A stretch of DNA of 64,000 nucleotides from Escherichia phage phiSUSP1. The DNA lies in sequence record KT454805; one strand, given 5' to 3'. The notes beneath the pieces are model-generated. The model had not been told where the DNA came from and did not search any database. It was given only the letters and a program-made list of their open reading frames with translations. A program made the position numbers and the translations under genes. Positions 39,878 through 49,305 of the stretch are shown here, in pieces; position 1 is the first letter of the stretch, and each line of letters opens with the position of its first letter.

Positions 39878-39924
39878 AGATAAAGAGCTTTGCTAACCAA
39901 TAGTCCTAAACTGGAGAATCTAAA

Positions 39925-40305
39925 ATGAAATATCGTGCGCCTAAATTTATCAACAAAGAAAACTTTCGTGATGCTCTGGAAAAATCCATGAATGAGCAGT
40001 TCAAAGGTAAAATCATTGTTGTTCACGCTTACAATTTTAAGTATGATGTAAATGGTAACAAGATAAACCACTACACCGCTACAATGTTAGATGGTACACT
40101 CTCAGGAGAAAAGGCTATTATAAATGCACTGGCTGGACGTGGTAAAACGTTAATCCGTTGCGATAAGCGCCGCTATCAAGGAAGTGCTTATGGTTATGAG
40201 GATGCAATCTATCATCTTGATAACATGGGTTACAACGTGGTAAAAGCTGGAGTATCTCAAATGATTGGTAGTGATGGCTACGTAACAATCTTTGAAATTA
40301 ACTAA
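39925..40305 (+). CDS. small early-array protein
   Basis: conserved CCTAAACTGGAGAATCTAAAATG initiation cassette. Confidence 0.6.
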   Translation: MKYRAPKFINKENFRDALEKSMNEQFKGKIIVVHAYNFKYDVNGNKINHYTATMLDGTLSGEKAIINALAGRGKTLIRCDKRRYQGSAYGYEDAIYHLDNMGYNVVKAGVSQMIGSDGYVTIFEIN

Positions 40306-40313
40306 TAAAGTGC

Positions 40314-40349
40314 TTTACATGGGGTTTATAGTTCGATAGGATAAGCCCC
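40314..40349 (+). promoter_or_regulatory. promoter-hairpin cassette (class A)
   Basis: TTTACA-N17-TAGGAT with GGGG...CCCC stem. Confidence 0.5.
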
Positions 40350-40391
40350 AGATAAAGAACTTTATCACTAACCTAAACTGGAGTTTTAAAA

Positions 40392-40649
40392 ATGGCTACT
40401 ATCAAAAATATTGTAATTACTGCAAAGTCCCGTGATGACGCTCGCGCAACTGCTAAAAAATTAAATGGCAAAGTGGTTGACAACGGAAAAGAATCTGCTG
40501 TAAGATGGGGTGTAAAGACAGACAAGAAATTAACCCTTAAACATAGTTCTTACAACATGTTTAAAGGTGTGAAAACTATCGGTAACACTAATGTATTCAC
40601 AAAGCAAGGTTACAAAATGCACTTATCATTAACTGACAATTTAATCTGA
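40392..40649 (+). CDS. small early-array protein
   Basis: cassette variant CTAAACTGGAGTTTTAAAAATG. Confidence 0.55.
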   Translation: MATIKNIVITAKSRDDARATAKKLNGKVVDNGKESAVRWGVKTDKKLTLKHSSYNMFKGVKTIGNTNVFTKQGYKMHLSLTDNLI

Positions 40650-40657
40650 TAAAGTAC

Positions 40658-40693
40658 TTTACATGGGGTTTATAAGTTGTTAGTATAAGCCCC
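40658..40693 (+). promoter_or_regulatory. promoter-hairpin cassette (class A)
   Basis: TTTACA-N17-TAGTAT with GGGG...CCCC stem. Confidence 0.5.
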
Positions 40694-40740
40694 AGATAAA
40701 GAGCTATATTAACCAATAGTCCTAAACTGGAGATTCTAAA

Positions 40741-41253
40741 ATGAAAACCACTGATGCTATTTTTGAAGTTGTAAAAGAAAAATATACCATTATTTATGCA
40801 GCAGTTAATTTCTATGAGCCTTCCCATTGTGTGGATAACTGGCAATTTACTGATGAGCATAAAGGAGGGATTACAATCAAAGTTAAGAATGCAGAACGTA
40901 ACAGCTACAAATATGCAATCCCTACGCATTACCCACTTTCACAGCTTGCCAGTGACTACGCAAAACAGGGAAGGGATAACCCATCATTGGAAGCTTACAA
41001 GAGCTTACAGGATGAGCTAGAAAGGGATTTAGAAGCTAATAGTTATCTCTTGTATGCCTCAGTAATTGACGCTGAAGGGAACACGGTTTTAAATAGTTTT
41101 TCTCTTGCGTACTCTTTTGATTGGTGCTATCTTGACGGGGAAGATTTAGAGACACGTTTAGAAGAGGAAGTGTCGAACTCTGACGGGGAGACTGAAGTGA
41201 TGGAACGTTTAGAAGCCTTGAAAGATTCAGTTATGAATATCTTTAATATCTAA
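40741..41253 (+). CDS. small early-array protein (acidic)
   Basis: conserved initiation cassette. Confidence 0.6.
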   Translation: MKTTDAIFEVVKEKYTIIYAAVNFYEPSHCVDNWQFTDEHKGGITIKVKNAERNSYKYAIPTHYPLSQLASDYAKQGRDNPSLEAYKSLQDELERDLEANSYLLYASVIDAEGNTVLNSFSLAYSFDWCYLDGEDLETRLEEEVSNSDGETEVMERLEALKDSVMNIFNI

Positions 41254-41259
41254 AAGTGC

Positions 41260-41294
41260 TTTACATGGGGTTATCAAGTTGATAAGATAGCCCC
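41260..41294 (+). promoter_or_regulatory. promoter-hairpin cassette (class A)
   Basis: TTTACA-N17-TAAGAT with GGGG...CCCC stem. Confidence 0.5.
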
Positions 41295-41336
41295 AGATAA
41301 AGAGCTTTACCAACAATCCTAAACTGGAGAATCAAA

Positions 41337-41633
41337 ATGTTTATTTCCGCAAACGTTAGAACTAAATTAAGCCAACTATTAAACAACATTCAATTCATTG
41401 AATCTATGCGCCGTCAATCTGAAGCTGTAGAGTGGTATCATGGAAAGATTAACAAAAAAGAAGTAATAGTTTGTGTATGGAACTTTTGTAAAGAATACAA
41501 AAAGCCGTTGCTTCAGGTTGATATCTATGATAACACTAACAAATCATCAATTAAAACCACTAGAGATATGATTGATTCATACGAAATTAGTCACACTGGG
41601 AAACTATTTCACAAAGGTGTAAACAAATGTTAA
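41337..41633 (+). CDS. small early-array protein
   Basis: conserved initiation cassette. Confidence 0.6.
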   Translation: MFISANVRTKLSQLLNNIQFIESMRRQSEAVEWYHGKINKKEVIVCVWNFCKEYKKPLLQVDIYDNTNKSSIKTTRDMIDSYEISHTGKLFHKGVNKC

Positions 41634-41974
41634 TCACATATACAGCTATTTTTATCTCTATTGTGGCGCTCTATAAAGCCTTTAAAGCGCATCAGTTAGC
41701 TAATAAGGCAATCACAAGGGATTTAAAAATAAACCTTGTAAGGGGCTTTATAGAGCGTTTAAGCTTGGAACAATTGAAACGTTTAGAGATGAGCTTTCGA
41801 TTTAAAGCGGAGACATACAGAATTGACAACATTCTAGCAGGTGATTTTAAGCTAATTAGTGATTATGACATACTGTTAGAAGCAATTCAAGACATAAATT
41901 TAAAAGATTATTACATCGTAATAGCTCAAGAAATTAATAAAAAAGAGCTTGCAATGAAAAACCAAAACAAGTAA
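41627..41974 (+). CDS. small membrane protein
   Basis: N-terminal TM ITYTAIFISIVALY; start overlaps upstream stop. Confidence 0.45.
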   Translation: MLITYTAIFISIVALYKAFKAHQLANKAITRDLKINLVRGFIERLSLEQLKRLEMSFRFKAETYRIDNILAGDFKLISDYDILLEAIQDINLKDYYIVIAQEINKKELAMKNQNK

Positions 41975-42040
41975 AGTATTTATCAACGGGGAGGGAAAAC
42001 TCCCCCCACTAAGCAAAATTCCTAAACTGGAGAATCTAAA

Positions 42041-42313
42041 ATGTATACAACTAACAATGGTAATACCCTTAATGTAACTCTAAAGCACTATGTAGACGGT
42101 GTATTAAACTTTGAAGACTTGCAAGCGGAGCAACATTTATTAGATTGGCAAGTAGCAGGACTGCAAAAAACTGCTACGGGGTACGGTACAAAAATTCCTA
42201 CATCTTGGAAAGTACGCTATTTAGGAAAGTTACGAAGAATTTATCAAGATGTTTATAGCAATAGTGGTGTAAGTTACATTATTGTTAACGGTAAAAAGTT
42301 GTATTTAGTCTAA
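42041..42313 (+). CDS. small early-array protein
   Basis: conserved initiation cassette after GGGGAGGG...CCCCCC hairpin. Confidence 0.6.
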   Translation: MYTTNNGNTLNVTLKHYVDGVLNFEDLQAEQHLLDWQVAGLQKTATGYGTKIPTSWKVRYLGKLRRIYQDVYSNSGVSYIIVNGKKLYLV

Positions 42314-42321
42314 TAAATTGC

Positions 42322-42356
42322 TTTACATGGGGTTATCAGGTTGATAAGATAGCCCC
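42322..42356 (+). promoter_or_regulatory. promoter-hairpin cassette (class A)
   Basis: TTTACA-N17-TAAGAT with GGGG...CCCC stem. Confidence 0.5.
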
Positions 42357-42401
42357 AGATAAAGAGATTCATCTGACACTAACCTAAACTGGAGAATCAA
42401 A

Positions 42402-42809
42402 ATGACTACTATTAATCATAAAGAAGTTGCAATTCTGAAAGCACGTTTGACTATTAACCGTATCAACATTGTCACATCAGCAGCACCAGATGAAACATTG
42501 CATAATATTATTGGTAAAATTCAGGGTGTAGTAGTAGATGTAAAACAGATTAAAGAAGCTTTACAAGACGTAGCAGCGGGGGCTATAATTGACGGCGCAC
42601 AATATGAAATGCAGGAAATGCTTTCAAAATCTAGAGTAATGAATAAAGAATTAGACTTGAAAATGTTTCGATTTGCTGTTAAAGTATGGCTATGTGTTGA
42701 TTTTGATGCTAACTTTGCAATAGCTGATTTCTTTGCTACATGGTTACAGCGTAATTTACCATCAGAAAAATTTCGTGAAATTTGCGATGCAATTTATTCA
42801 GAAATTTGA
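42402..42809 (+). CDS. small early-array protein
   Basis: conserved initiation cassette. Confidence 0.6.
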   Translation: MTTINHKEVAILKARLTINRINIVTSAAPDETLHNIIGKIQGVVVDVKQIKEALQDVAAGAIIDGAQYEMQEMLSKSRVMNKELDLKMFRFAVKVWLCVDFDANFAIADFFATWLQRNLPSEKFREICDAIYSEI

Positions 42810-42893
42810 TTGACACTGCAAAAACATAGTAGTAAAGTACTCATCAACGGGGCAAGATAAAGCCCCAACAATCCTAAACTGGAGAATCTAAAA

Positions 42894-43142
42894 ATGTTTA
42901 ATATGCTGAATATCCCTGATACCTGCCGACTGTTAACACAACTTGAAAATCTTGGCAAGCCCTTTTTATATCATATGCCAGATAACACGGCAAAAACTTA
43001 CAGCTATATTGTGAATCGTTTCACGGCTTATGGTTCAAAATATGGTTACAATGTCAAGACTCAAAAAGTGACTTTGTTCACAAGTATTGAAGAGTTGCCG
43101 ACTGTTGCAGTTAAACTAATCTTTACAAAGAAAACTAAATAA
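42894..43142 (+). CDS. small early-array protein
   Basis: conserved initiation cassette (class B upstream hairpin). Confidence 0.6.
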   Translation: MFNMLNIPDTCRLLTQLENLGKPFLYHMPDNTAKTYSYIVNRFTAYGSKYGYNVKTQKVTLFTSIEELPTVAVKLIFTKKTK

Positions 43143-43147
43143 AGTCC

Positions 43148-43184
43148 TTTACATGGGGTTTATAGTTAGATAAGATAAGCCCCA
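43148..43184 (+). promoter_or_regulatory. promoter-hairpin cassette (class A)
   Basis: TTTACA-N17-TAAGAT with GGGG...CCCC stem. Confidence 0.5.
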
Positions 43185-43226
43185 GATAAAGAGCTTTACC
43201 AACAATCCTAAACTGGAGAATCTAAA

Positions 43227-43784
43227 ATGAAATGCTTTCATGGTACTACTCAAGAAAACTTTTTAAACCTTATCAATGGCGGTGAAAAACCATCAGGAGC
43301 TTGGAATTGCTCTGATATGGATGGATGTTTTTACGTGTATCCGGTTAATAAGTTCTATGATGTAGAAGACTTAGACGACGAACAAATCACTAGCGAGGGT
43401 ATTAGAAATGCACTTGATAGTGCAAGCATTACAGCAGCATATCAAATGAAATCACAAAAAATTGTCATCTTGGAACTTGACATTCCAGAGGAAGATTTAC
43501 AAGATGACTGGAGTTGTGAAAATATGAGCGACGTTGCAAGCTTTACAGAATACTTTGATAAAGAATGGATTAAAAAGATTTACACAACTGAATTTAACGG
43601 GATGTATGCACCTTTCTTTGTGCCTAACCTGAATAACAGGAATTTAGGATACATACCGGATGAGTTACGCAACATTGCAGCAATGATACAGCGTAGCGAT
43701 GAAATGAATAATGTGTATATTGATATCTTTGAAACTATGCAGACATACGTTTCAGAAACGTCTATAAGCGATTTAACAGCATAA
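43227..43784 (+). CDS. small early-array protein
   Basis: conserved initiation cassette. Confidence 0.6.
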   Translation: MKCFHGTTQENFLNLINGGEKPSGAWNCSDMDGCFYVYPVNKFYDVEDLDDEQITSEGIRNALDSASITAAYQMKSQKIVILELDIPEEDLQDDWSCENMSDVASFTEYFDKEWIKKIYTTEFNGMYAPFFVPNLNNRNLGYIPDELRNIAAMIQRSDEMNNVYIDIFETMQTYVSETSISDLTA

Positions 43785-43847
43785 ACTATAGAATCATACC
43801 AGATAACCATAAAAGCCCCGCATAGGGGCTTACAGGAGCTTTAAAAG

Positions 43848-44078
43848 ATGCTTACAACAATCTATCTTATCCTTTCCTTGTCTAATGGTGCTGAATGGAA
43901 CTTCAAAGGGCTTGAAGAGTTCACAGGAAGCAAGGAAAACGCCATTGCAGCTTGTCAGATAGCAAGACTTGACTATCCTGCCAGCGATGATATACAATGC
44001 TACTTCAAGACAGAAGATGAGGAATCAATCTATTTTGATAGTATAGATGGTCAATATGAGATTCTTATAGAAAAATAG
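43848..44078 (+). CDS. small early-array protein
   Basis: own AGGAG RBS after AGCCCCGCATAGGGGCT hairpin. Confidence 0.5.
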   Translation: MLTTIYLILSLSNGAEWNFKGLEEFTGSKENAIAACQIARLDYPASDDIQCYFKTEDEESIYFDSIDGQYEILIEK

Positions 44079-44088
44079 TTGACACTGA

Positions 44089-44117
44089 AAAACAAAACAA
44101 GTAAAGTACTCATCAAC
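44089..44117 (+). promoter_or_regulatory. sigma70-like promoter (class B cassette)
   Basis: TTGACA-N17-TAAAGT followed by CATCAACGGG...CCC hairpin and conserved initiation cassette. Confidence 0.45.
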
Positions 44118-44155
44118 GGGAAGCAATCCCACAATCCTAAACTGGAGAATCTAAA

Positions 44156-44377
44156 ATGTTGCAAATCTTGAATGTAAAAACCATTGATTTTAAAGCCTTA
44201 AATGTTCGCCGTACCTATTTACAACCATTCAATAATCCTGTTAGAATATCCAACGATGACGCTAAAAAGTTAATTGATGAGATTCTAGCTAATGGCGGTT
44301 ATCTGGCAAGCCATAACCAATATGATGATGAGGATGGAAGCCTGATAAATGAATTTACATATTATTACTACAAATAA
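44156..44377 (+). CDS. small early-array protein
   Basis: conserved initiation cassette. Confidence 0.6.
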   Translation: MLQILNVKTIDFKALNVRRTYLQPFNNPVRISNDDAKKLIDEILANGGYLASHNQYDDEDGSLINEFTYYYYK

Positions 44378-44389
44378 CTAATAAAGTGC

Positions 44390-44425
44390 TTTACATGGGG
44401 TTTAAAAGGTAGTATCTTAAGCCCC
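44390..44425 (+). promoter_or_regulatory. promoter-hairpin cassette (class A)
   Basis: TTTACA-N17-TATCTT; identical to the copy at 39842. Confidence 0.5.
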
Positions 44426-44469
44426 AGATAAAGAGCTTTACCAACAATCCTAAACTGGAGAATCTAAAA

Positions 44470-44811
44470 ATGGCATATGTAACAATTATCACTGATAAAG
44501 AAAATTCGTCTTGGTCAACTCAGGTTAGCGACAAAATGACTCCTATGCAGTGTCTCAAGTACTTTGAACAGTGGAATCGTGGAGAGGATGTTAGCCCCTT
44601 TCAAGTGATGCAAGTTGTACACGTTGACAATGACGGCAACAAAACAACCCTTAACACTGAATACTATGCAAGCCGTTTTGAAACTAGAGCGGAGACAATG
44701 AAGCAATTACGTGAGAAGGGTTATAGTCACATAGCGGGATTAATCTGGAATGACTTACTAAAACAGCAGCGTATGACATATGTTAAGCCAGAAAAAATCT
44801 TTATAAGCTAA
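44470..44811 (+). CDS. small early-array protein
   Basis: conserved initiation cassette. Confidence 0.6.
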   Translation: MAYVTIITDKENSSWSTQVSDKMTPMQCLKYFEQWNRGEDVSPFQVMQVVHVDNDGNKTTLNTEYYASRFETRAETMKQLREKGYSHIAGLIWNDLLKQQRMTYVKPEKIFIS

Positions 44812-44843
44812 TCAACAACTTATAAAATTCTTTGAAAAAACTG

Positions 44844-44872
44844 TTGACATTGCCCCTTGACAATAGTACATT
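44844..44872 (+). promoter_or_regulatory. sigma70-like promoter
   Basis: TTGACA-N17-TACATT (second TTGACA in spacer). Confidence 0.5.
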
Positions 44873-45008
44873 TGTTCGAGGGGGTTTATCTAAAAGGATT
44901 CACTTAAAAGATTCTTTATAGATAAGCCAAAAATTACTTGCAAGACTCTAAGCAATTCTGTATAGTTCTATTCAAGCGATAAAACAATCCTAAACTGGAG
45001 AATATAAG

Positions 45009-45536
45009 ATGAATAAGTTCAATGCAATTAACGCTATCCGCTCAAAAGATGTAATGAAAAAACCTGTAAAAGACACTTTCGAATTTACCCTTAAAAACAA
45101 GTTGTTTGCAGTTATCACAAAAGGGGAAGATAAAAAGTATTACATTCATCGCCCCAATCAGAAAACGGTAACCACTAACAACTTTATGCAAGCCGTGGCG
45201 GTCATTCTGCCAGATTATATGGCTATTGTCGCAGAGATTCACGAAATGGCTATAAAAGCAACTAAAAACGAGTTAAATCGTTACAAAATGGCTTATGAGC
45301 GCTCTATTAAGTCTCACAATCTTTTTATTGCAATTCATCATACAGGGATGTATGCTATGGGAACGGGTAACCAACAATCCCCGCTCTATGATGTAGAAAA
45401 CATCTTTACAAGTGACTACCCGACAACTAAATTTAAAATTACGTTAGGGGAAGCATTAACTAGAGGGATTAAGCTGTACGAACAATCTTTAAAAAACTTA
45501 GAAAATTCACTTGACGAAATCATCAGAACTCTATAA
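45009..45536 (+). CDS. small early-array protein
   Basis: cassette variant CAATCCTAAACTGGAGAATATAAGATG. Confidence 0.6.
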   Translation: MNKFNAINAIRSKDVMKKPVKDTFEFTLKNKLFAVITKGEDKKYYIHRPNQKTVTTNNFMQAVAVILPDYMAIVAEIHEMAIKATKNELNRYKMAYERSIKSHNLFIAIHHTGMYAMGTGNQQSPLYDVENIFTSDYPTTKFKITLGEALTRGIKLYEQSLKNLENSLDEIIRTL

Positions 45537-45597
45537 AGTACTCATCAACGGGGAGGGAATGACCTTCCCCCAACAATCCTAAACTGGAGACTAGAAA

Positions 45598-45861
45598 ATG
45601 AATAATCAAGAAATCACTATCATGTTACAGATTGGTACTGACAAAGAAGATATCCAACTTTGCAAACGTATCGAAAGTGATTGGTTTAATGGTGAAATCA
45701 TCGCGGAGTCTTATGAGGTAGTTGGATTCATGAATGGTGAAATCGTAAGCCATTTTGGTTTAACTAAATCTGAAGCAATTGTAAAGTATGACGTTTTATC
45801 TTGTGAGATTCTTACAAAATACAACGAAAAAAGACTTGCAACATACGCCGCAATGAATTAA
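45598..45861 (+). CDS. small early-array protein
   Basis: conserved cassette after GGGGAGGGAATGACCTTCCCCC hairpin. Confidence 0.6.
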   Translation: MNNQEITIMLQIGTDKEDIQLCKRIESDWFNGEIIAESYEVVGFMNGEIVSHFGLTKSEAIVKYDVLSCEILTKYNEKRLATYAAMN

Positions 45862-45924
45862 TATTACTTTCAACGGGGAGGGAGACTTCCCCACTAACCC
45901 AAAATCCTAAACTGGAGATTCAAA

Positions 45925-46176
45925 ATGGCTACTATCCGCGCAACTGTTAACAACTTCGGCTTCAACGTACTAGATGTTAAATTTGATATGGTTGGCACTG
46001 GTGATGCTTTCGGTATGGTTGAAATGTGTCTGAAGGCAACTATTCAGGACTATAACCCATCAGAACCATTCTGGAAGGAAACTAAACAGGAAGTCTTAAA
46101 AGATGGGGTAACGTCCTACTATTGGGGTGATTCTCTTATCACACTTTACTACCAAAAATTCGGTGTGATTAACTAA
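45925..46176 (+). CDS. small early-array protein
   Basis: conserved cassette after GGGGAGGGAGACTTCCCC hairpin. Confidence 0.6.
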   Translation: MATIRATVNNFGFNVLDVKFDMVGTGDAFGMVEMCLKATIQDYNPSEPFWKETKQEVLKDGVTSYYWGDSLITLYYQKFGVIN

Positions 46177-46217
46177 CAGGACGCCGCAACGGGGCAAATA
46201 GCCCCAGACACCTTTAC

Positions 46218-46240
46218 AGCCCCTTAAATGGGGCTTTTCT
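46218..46240 (+). terminator. rho-independent terminator
   Basis: AGCCCC-TTAAAT-GGGGCT followed by TTTTCT; ends plus-strand array. Confidence 0.6.
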
Positions 46241-47830
46241 ACGTCTATGAGATAGAACTCTATCGAATCCTATATACAGAACCCTTCCTAGAATCTTAGA
46301 GATTCATCTAACAAGTTAGACTCATACCAGACATTTAGAACAATAACTCTATAGCTTACTCTATATCTTCTTATCAAGTCAACTACAATATAAGCCCATA
46401 ACCCGAAAGGGAAGGGCAATCTCTAAAACGCTCTATAACGCTCTATACGGGCTTATCATCTCATCTTAAGCAATCATATTAATCCATTCTTAAAAGCCCT
46501 TTATAGAGCTTCCTAGAGCCTTAAAAGAATCTTATAAGGGAGTAAGCTTATAGGCTGGATAGAATCTTGTGAATAATTAAAAAGGGGCTTGATAGTTACT
46601 TAAAAGTATGTTATGGAGGTTTAAAAGAGCCTTAAAAGTAACGTAAAAGTTAGCCCCCTTTACATTCTCTTAACAAAATCTTAACAAATGCTACATAGTT
46701 ATGCTTATTAGAGACTTGTTAGGGTCTTGTTAAATCCTTGTTAGAGGTATGTTAAAAGCTTGTTAGACTCTTTGAAGTCCCTGTATAAGCCCCTAGAAAG
46801 GGCTATAAAGAGCTGTACAGGTAGTTGGGGTGTAGTTACTAGGGAGAAGCTTAGAAGAGGCTATATAGAGCTATACAGAGCTTTTAAGAGGGCTTTTAAG
46901 AGAATCACTAAGAAGGGGAAGGGAACTATAGACCAGAGATAGTGACCATGTTAATAGCTTGTTAAAAAGGTTTAGAACTTATTAGAGCCTTGTTAATTAT
47001 CTTAACAAAATAACTCTTAAGATTTAACTATTTAGCAACTTATAAGCAACTTGTTAGACTCTTGTAAGCAATGTTACAGACTTGTTAAACCCTTGTTAGT
47101 TATGTTAAGGGTCTGTTAAGAACTTTGAAGAGATGTTAAGAGCTTGAGAGAGTTGTTAAGTGATTGTTAATGATATTTTAAGATTTTGCAAAGGGGATGT
47201 TACAGGGCTGTTTAGGGCTACCAAGCAGATATACATCCTATGTAGATATTTTTGAGTTACTCTCAAGACCCTAAAAAATGACTTGACAGTTCTATTTTAT
47301 AAAAATTTATGAGTTTAGATATTTCTAAACGAAATACTAAAGAATTGCATAAATATCTATATAGTATTCTGTATAAAACAGGTAAATACAGGCTTATAAG
47401 ATACCTTGTTAACACCGTGTTAGACCTTGTAGGATAAGCCTTAGAAGGTGATACCTGTTTAGTTAGTTAAAACAGTCTATATAGAGGATTAGTAGAACCT
47501 AGTGAATACCCTATAGAGAGTCATATCGTTAACATAGAGATTAAGATGGGTATAGGGGCTTCTAAGGGGATAGGAAGAGATGGTTAAGGTGATTGTATAG
47601 GTTTAGAAGAGAGATGCTTAGAGGGCTATTTAGAAGGGTTATACAGAGAGCTATAGAGACTCACTGTTAAGGGACTAAGAGACTATATAGCACTATATAA
47701 CACTATATAACTATATAGAGAGTAAGATTAAGTAGGCTGTTAAGAAGGGTAGATATTTTATCACATGATATGGTGACCCAAGATGAACGGAGTGAATCTA
47801 AATTTTATAAAAATTATAAATTTCGTAAAT
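46241..47830. repeat. non-coding iteron-rich region
   Basis: no credible ORF; more than ten TTGTTA(A/G) copies plus ATGTTA/CTGTTA variants, often ~11 bp apart, and repeated CTATAnAGAG motifs. Confidence 0.7.
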
Positions 47831-47840
47831 TTTACTCAAT

Positions 47841-47862
47841 AAAAAGCCCCATTGAAGGGGCT
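47841..47862 (-). terminator. rho-independent terminator
   Basis: minus-strand reading AGCCCC-TTCAAT-GGGGC followed by TTTTT, just after stop of ORF 47871..48485. Confidence 0.6.
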
Positions 47863-47870
47863 GTATAGTT

Positions 47871-48485
47871 TTACATCACTTCTTTGAGCATTGCATTCAA
47901 TGAGGTCTTAGTCGTTTGGAAGAAGTGTGTGAACCCATTGTGACGTTCTCTTACCTGAAGCATTATCTGGTCACCCTTAATTGGATGTGAACTGATATGG
48001 TATTCATTCAGGTTCAAAACTGCACTTCCACCTTCAAAGATGTGTCTCAGGTATGTAGCATCAATAAATTCTTCTTTACCTGTGACCTTGATGCAAACAC
48101 CCTTATTAACTCGTTTAGGATTAATATCTTCCATCACAAGCATTTGTTGTCCACCAAGTGAAACCATAGAGAACTCTTGACGGTTCTGCTGCTTAACATA
48201 CATCTCAAGTTTCTGCAAAGTGTCTTTATAGAACGGATAAGAATCTTTAACAAAGATACCTTTTAGCTGCTCTTTACCATCTACAAACTCTCTTGAATGC
48301 CTTAGTGACATTACAATTTGTTGAAGCTGGTCTCTGCACTCAGGTGATAAGTAGTTATCAATATCTTCCAAACTTAGTACCAAGTACTTTCTCTCTAACT
48401 CAAATTCTCTTTTTCTCATCTCAAAACCCTTCAAAGTGTTTACAGTGAACTTAACCATTTCCCAATACTGTTCAGTAACTATCAA
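47871..48485 (-). CDS. hypothetical protein
   Basis: 204-aa ORF, last gene of minus-strand block. Confidence 0.45.
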   Translation of the reverse strand: MIVTEQYWEMVKFTVNTLKGFEMRKREFELERKYLVLSLEDIDNYLSPECRDQLQQIVMSLRHSREFVDGKEQLKGIFVKDSYPFYKDTLQKLEMYVKQQNRQEFSMVSLGGQQMLVMEDINPKRVNKGVCIKVTGKEEFIDATYLRHIFEGGSAVLNLNEYHISSHPIKGDQIMLQVRERHNGFTHFFQTTKTSLNAMLKEVM

Positions 48486-48952
48486 CGAATCACCTCGTAA
48501 CGTGGTACAGCAAATTTGTTATCACCTGCATCAAGTATTAAGTCTTCTTTAGAGACGATAAGACGATACCCACAAAGATGTGCATAAGGTTTAGCATATT
48601 CAAAGATGCTTATAATGTATGTACCATCACTGTAGACCTGCTCTACTTCACCCTTAGCAATCACCTGCTGAGTCTGGAAGTCTTTAATTTGATATAGATT
48701 ACCTACTTTCACTGGAGGTTTCATTTCAGGTTCTTTAAACTCTTTACCAACCTTGATATCACCTATCAAATTAGAACTGTCAAAAGCTGCATGAATCATG
48801 TAGGCTTCTGAGCATTCCCAAATAAAGCTATGGAGCAGAACCTTTGCAGCATGTCTTGAGCAGTTCAGTTTGTCGCAGATATCTTTGTACATCTCGTCTT
48901 TGGTGGAGTTGTCAAGCATTGACTTACGTACAATCTCTTTAACATTCTTCAT
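48482..48952 (-). CDS. hypothetical protein
   Basis: 156-aa ORF, ATGA-type overlap. Confidence 0.45.
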   Translation of the reverse strand: MKNVKEIVRKSMLDNSTKDEMYKDICDKLNCSRHAAKVLLHSFIWECSEAYMIHAAFDSSNLIGDIKVGKEFKEPEMKPPVKVGNLYQIKDFQTQQVIAKGEVEQVYSDGTYIISIFEYAKPYAHLCGYRLIVSKEDLILDAGDNKFAVPRYEVIR

Positions 48953-48994
48953 TTTCGCTACCTTTTAAAGAGGGGCTGTTACACCCCTTTGAAA

Positions 48995-49231
48995 TTACTC
49001 TTCAGTCTTATTCTCATCAGACTTTTTAGTTTTCTTCTCAGCTTTCTTAGGCTTCTCTTCAGCCTTAGCTTCTGTCTCATTTTGAGTTGCCTGAATAGCA
49101 ATGTCAACAAGTTTTGCCAAGTCTGATTTAATCACCGTAACAGGTTGCTCGTTGTAGTAGCTTTTGTCAAGGTGCTCTTTCAGTTCGTTAAGAGAGCTAA
49201 AACCAAATGGTTGAATAGGTGTCTTAATCAT
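48995..49231 (-). CDS. hypothetical small Lys/Glu-rich protein
   Basis: 78-aa ORF. Confidence 0.4.
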   Translation of the reverse strand: MIKTPIQPFGFSSLNELKEHLDKSYYNEQPVTVIKSDLAKLVDIAIQATQNETEAKAEEKPKKAEKKTKKSDENKTEE

Positions 49232-49305
49232 TTATCACTCCTTATAGGCATCTTTCAGGATTGCTTGGTTAATCATATCAGCAATTGCATAACGGACACA
49301 TACAG

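Noticed and set aside
46760-46942. 60-aa ORF inside the iteron region
   Set aside because: Lies in repeat-driven sequence with no RBS; translation reflects the repeats; region treated as non-coding.
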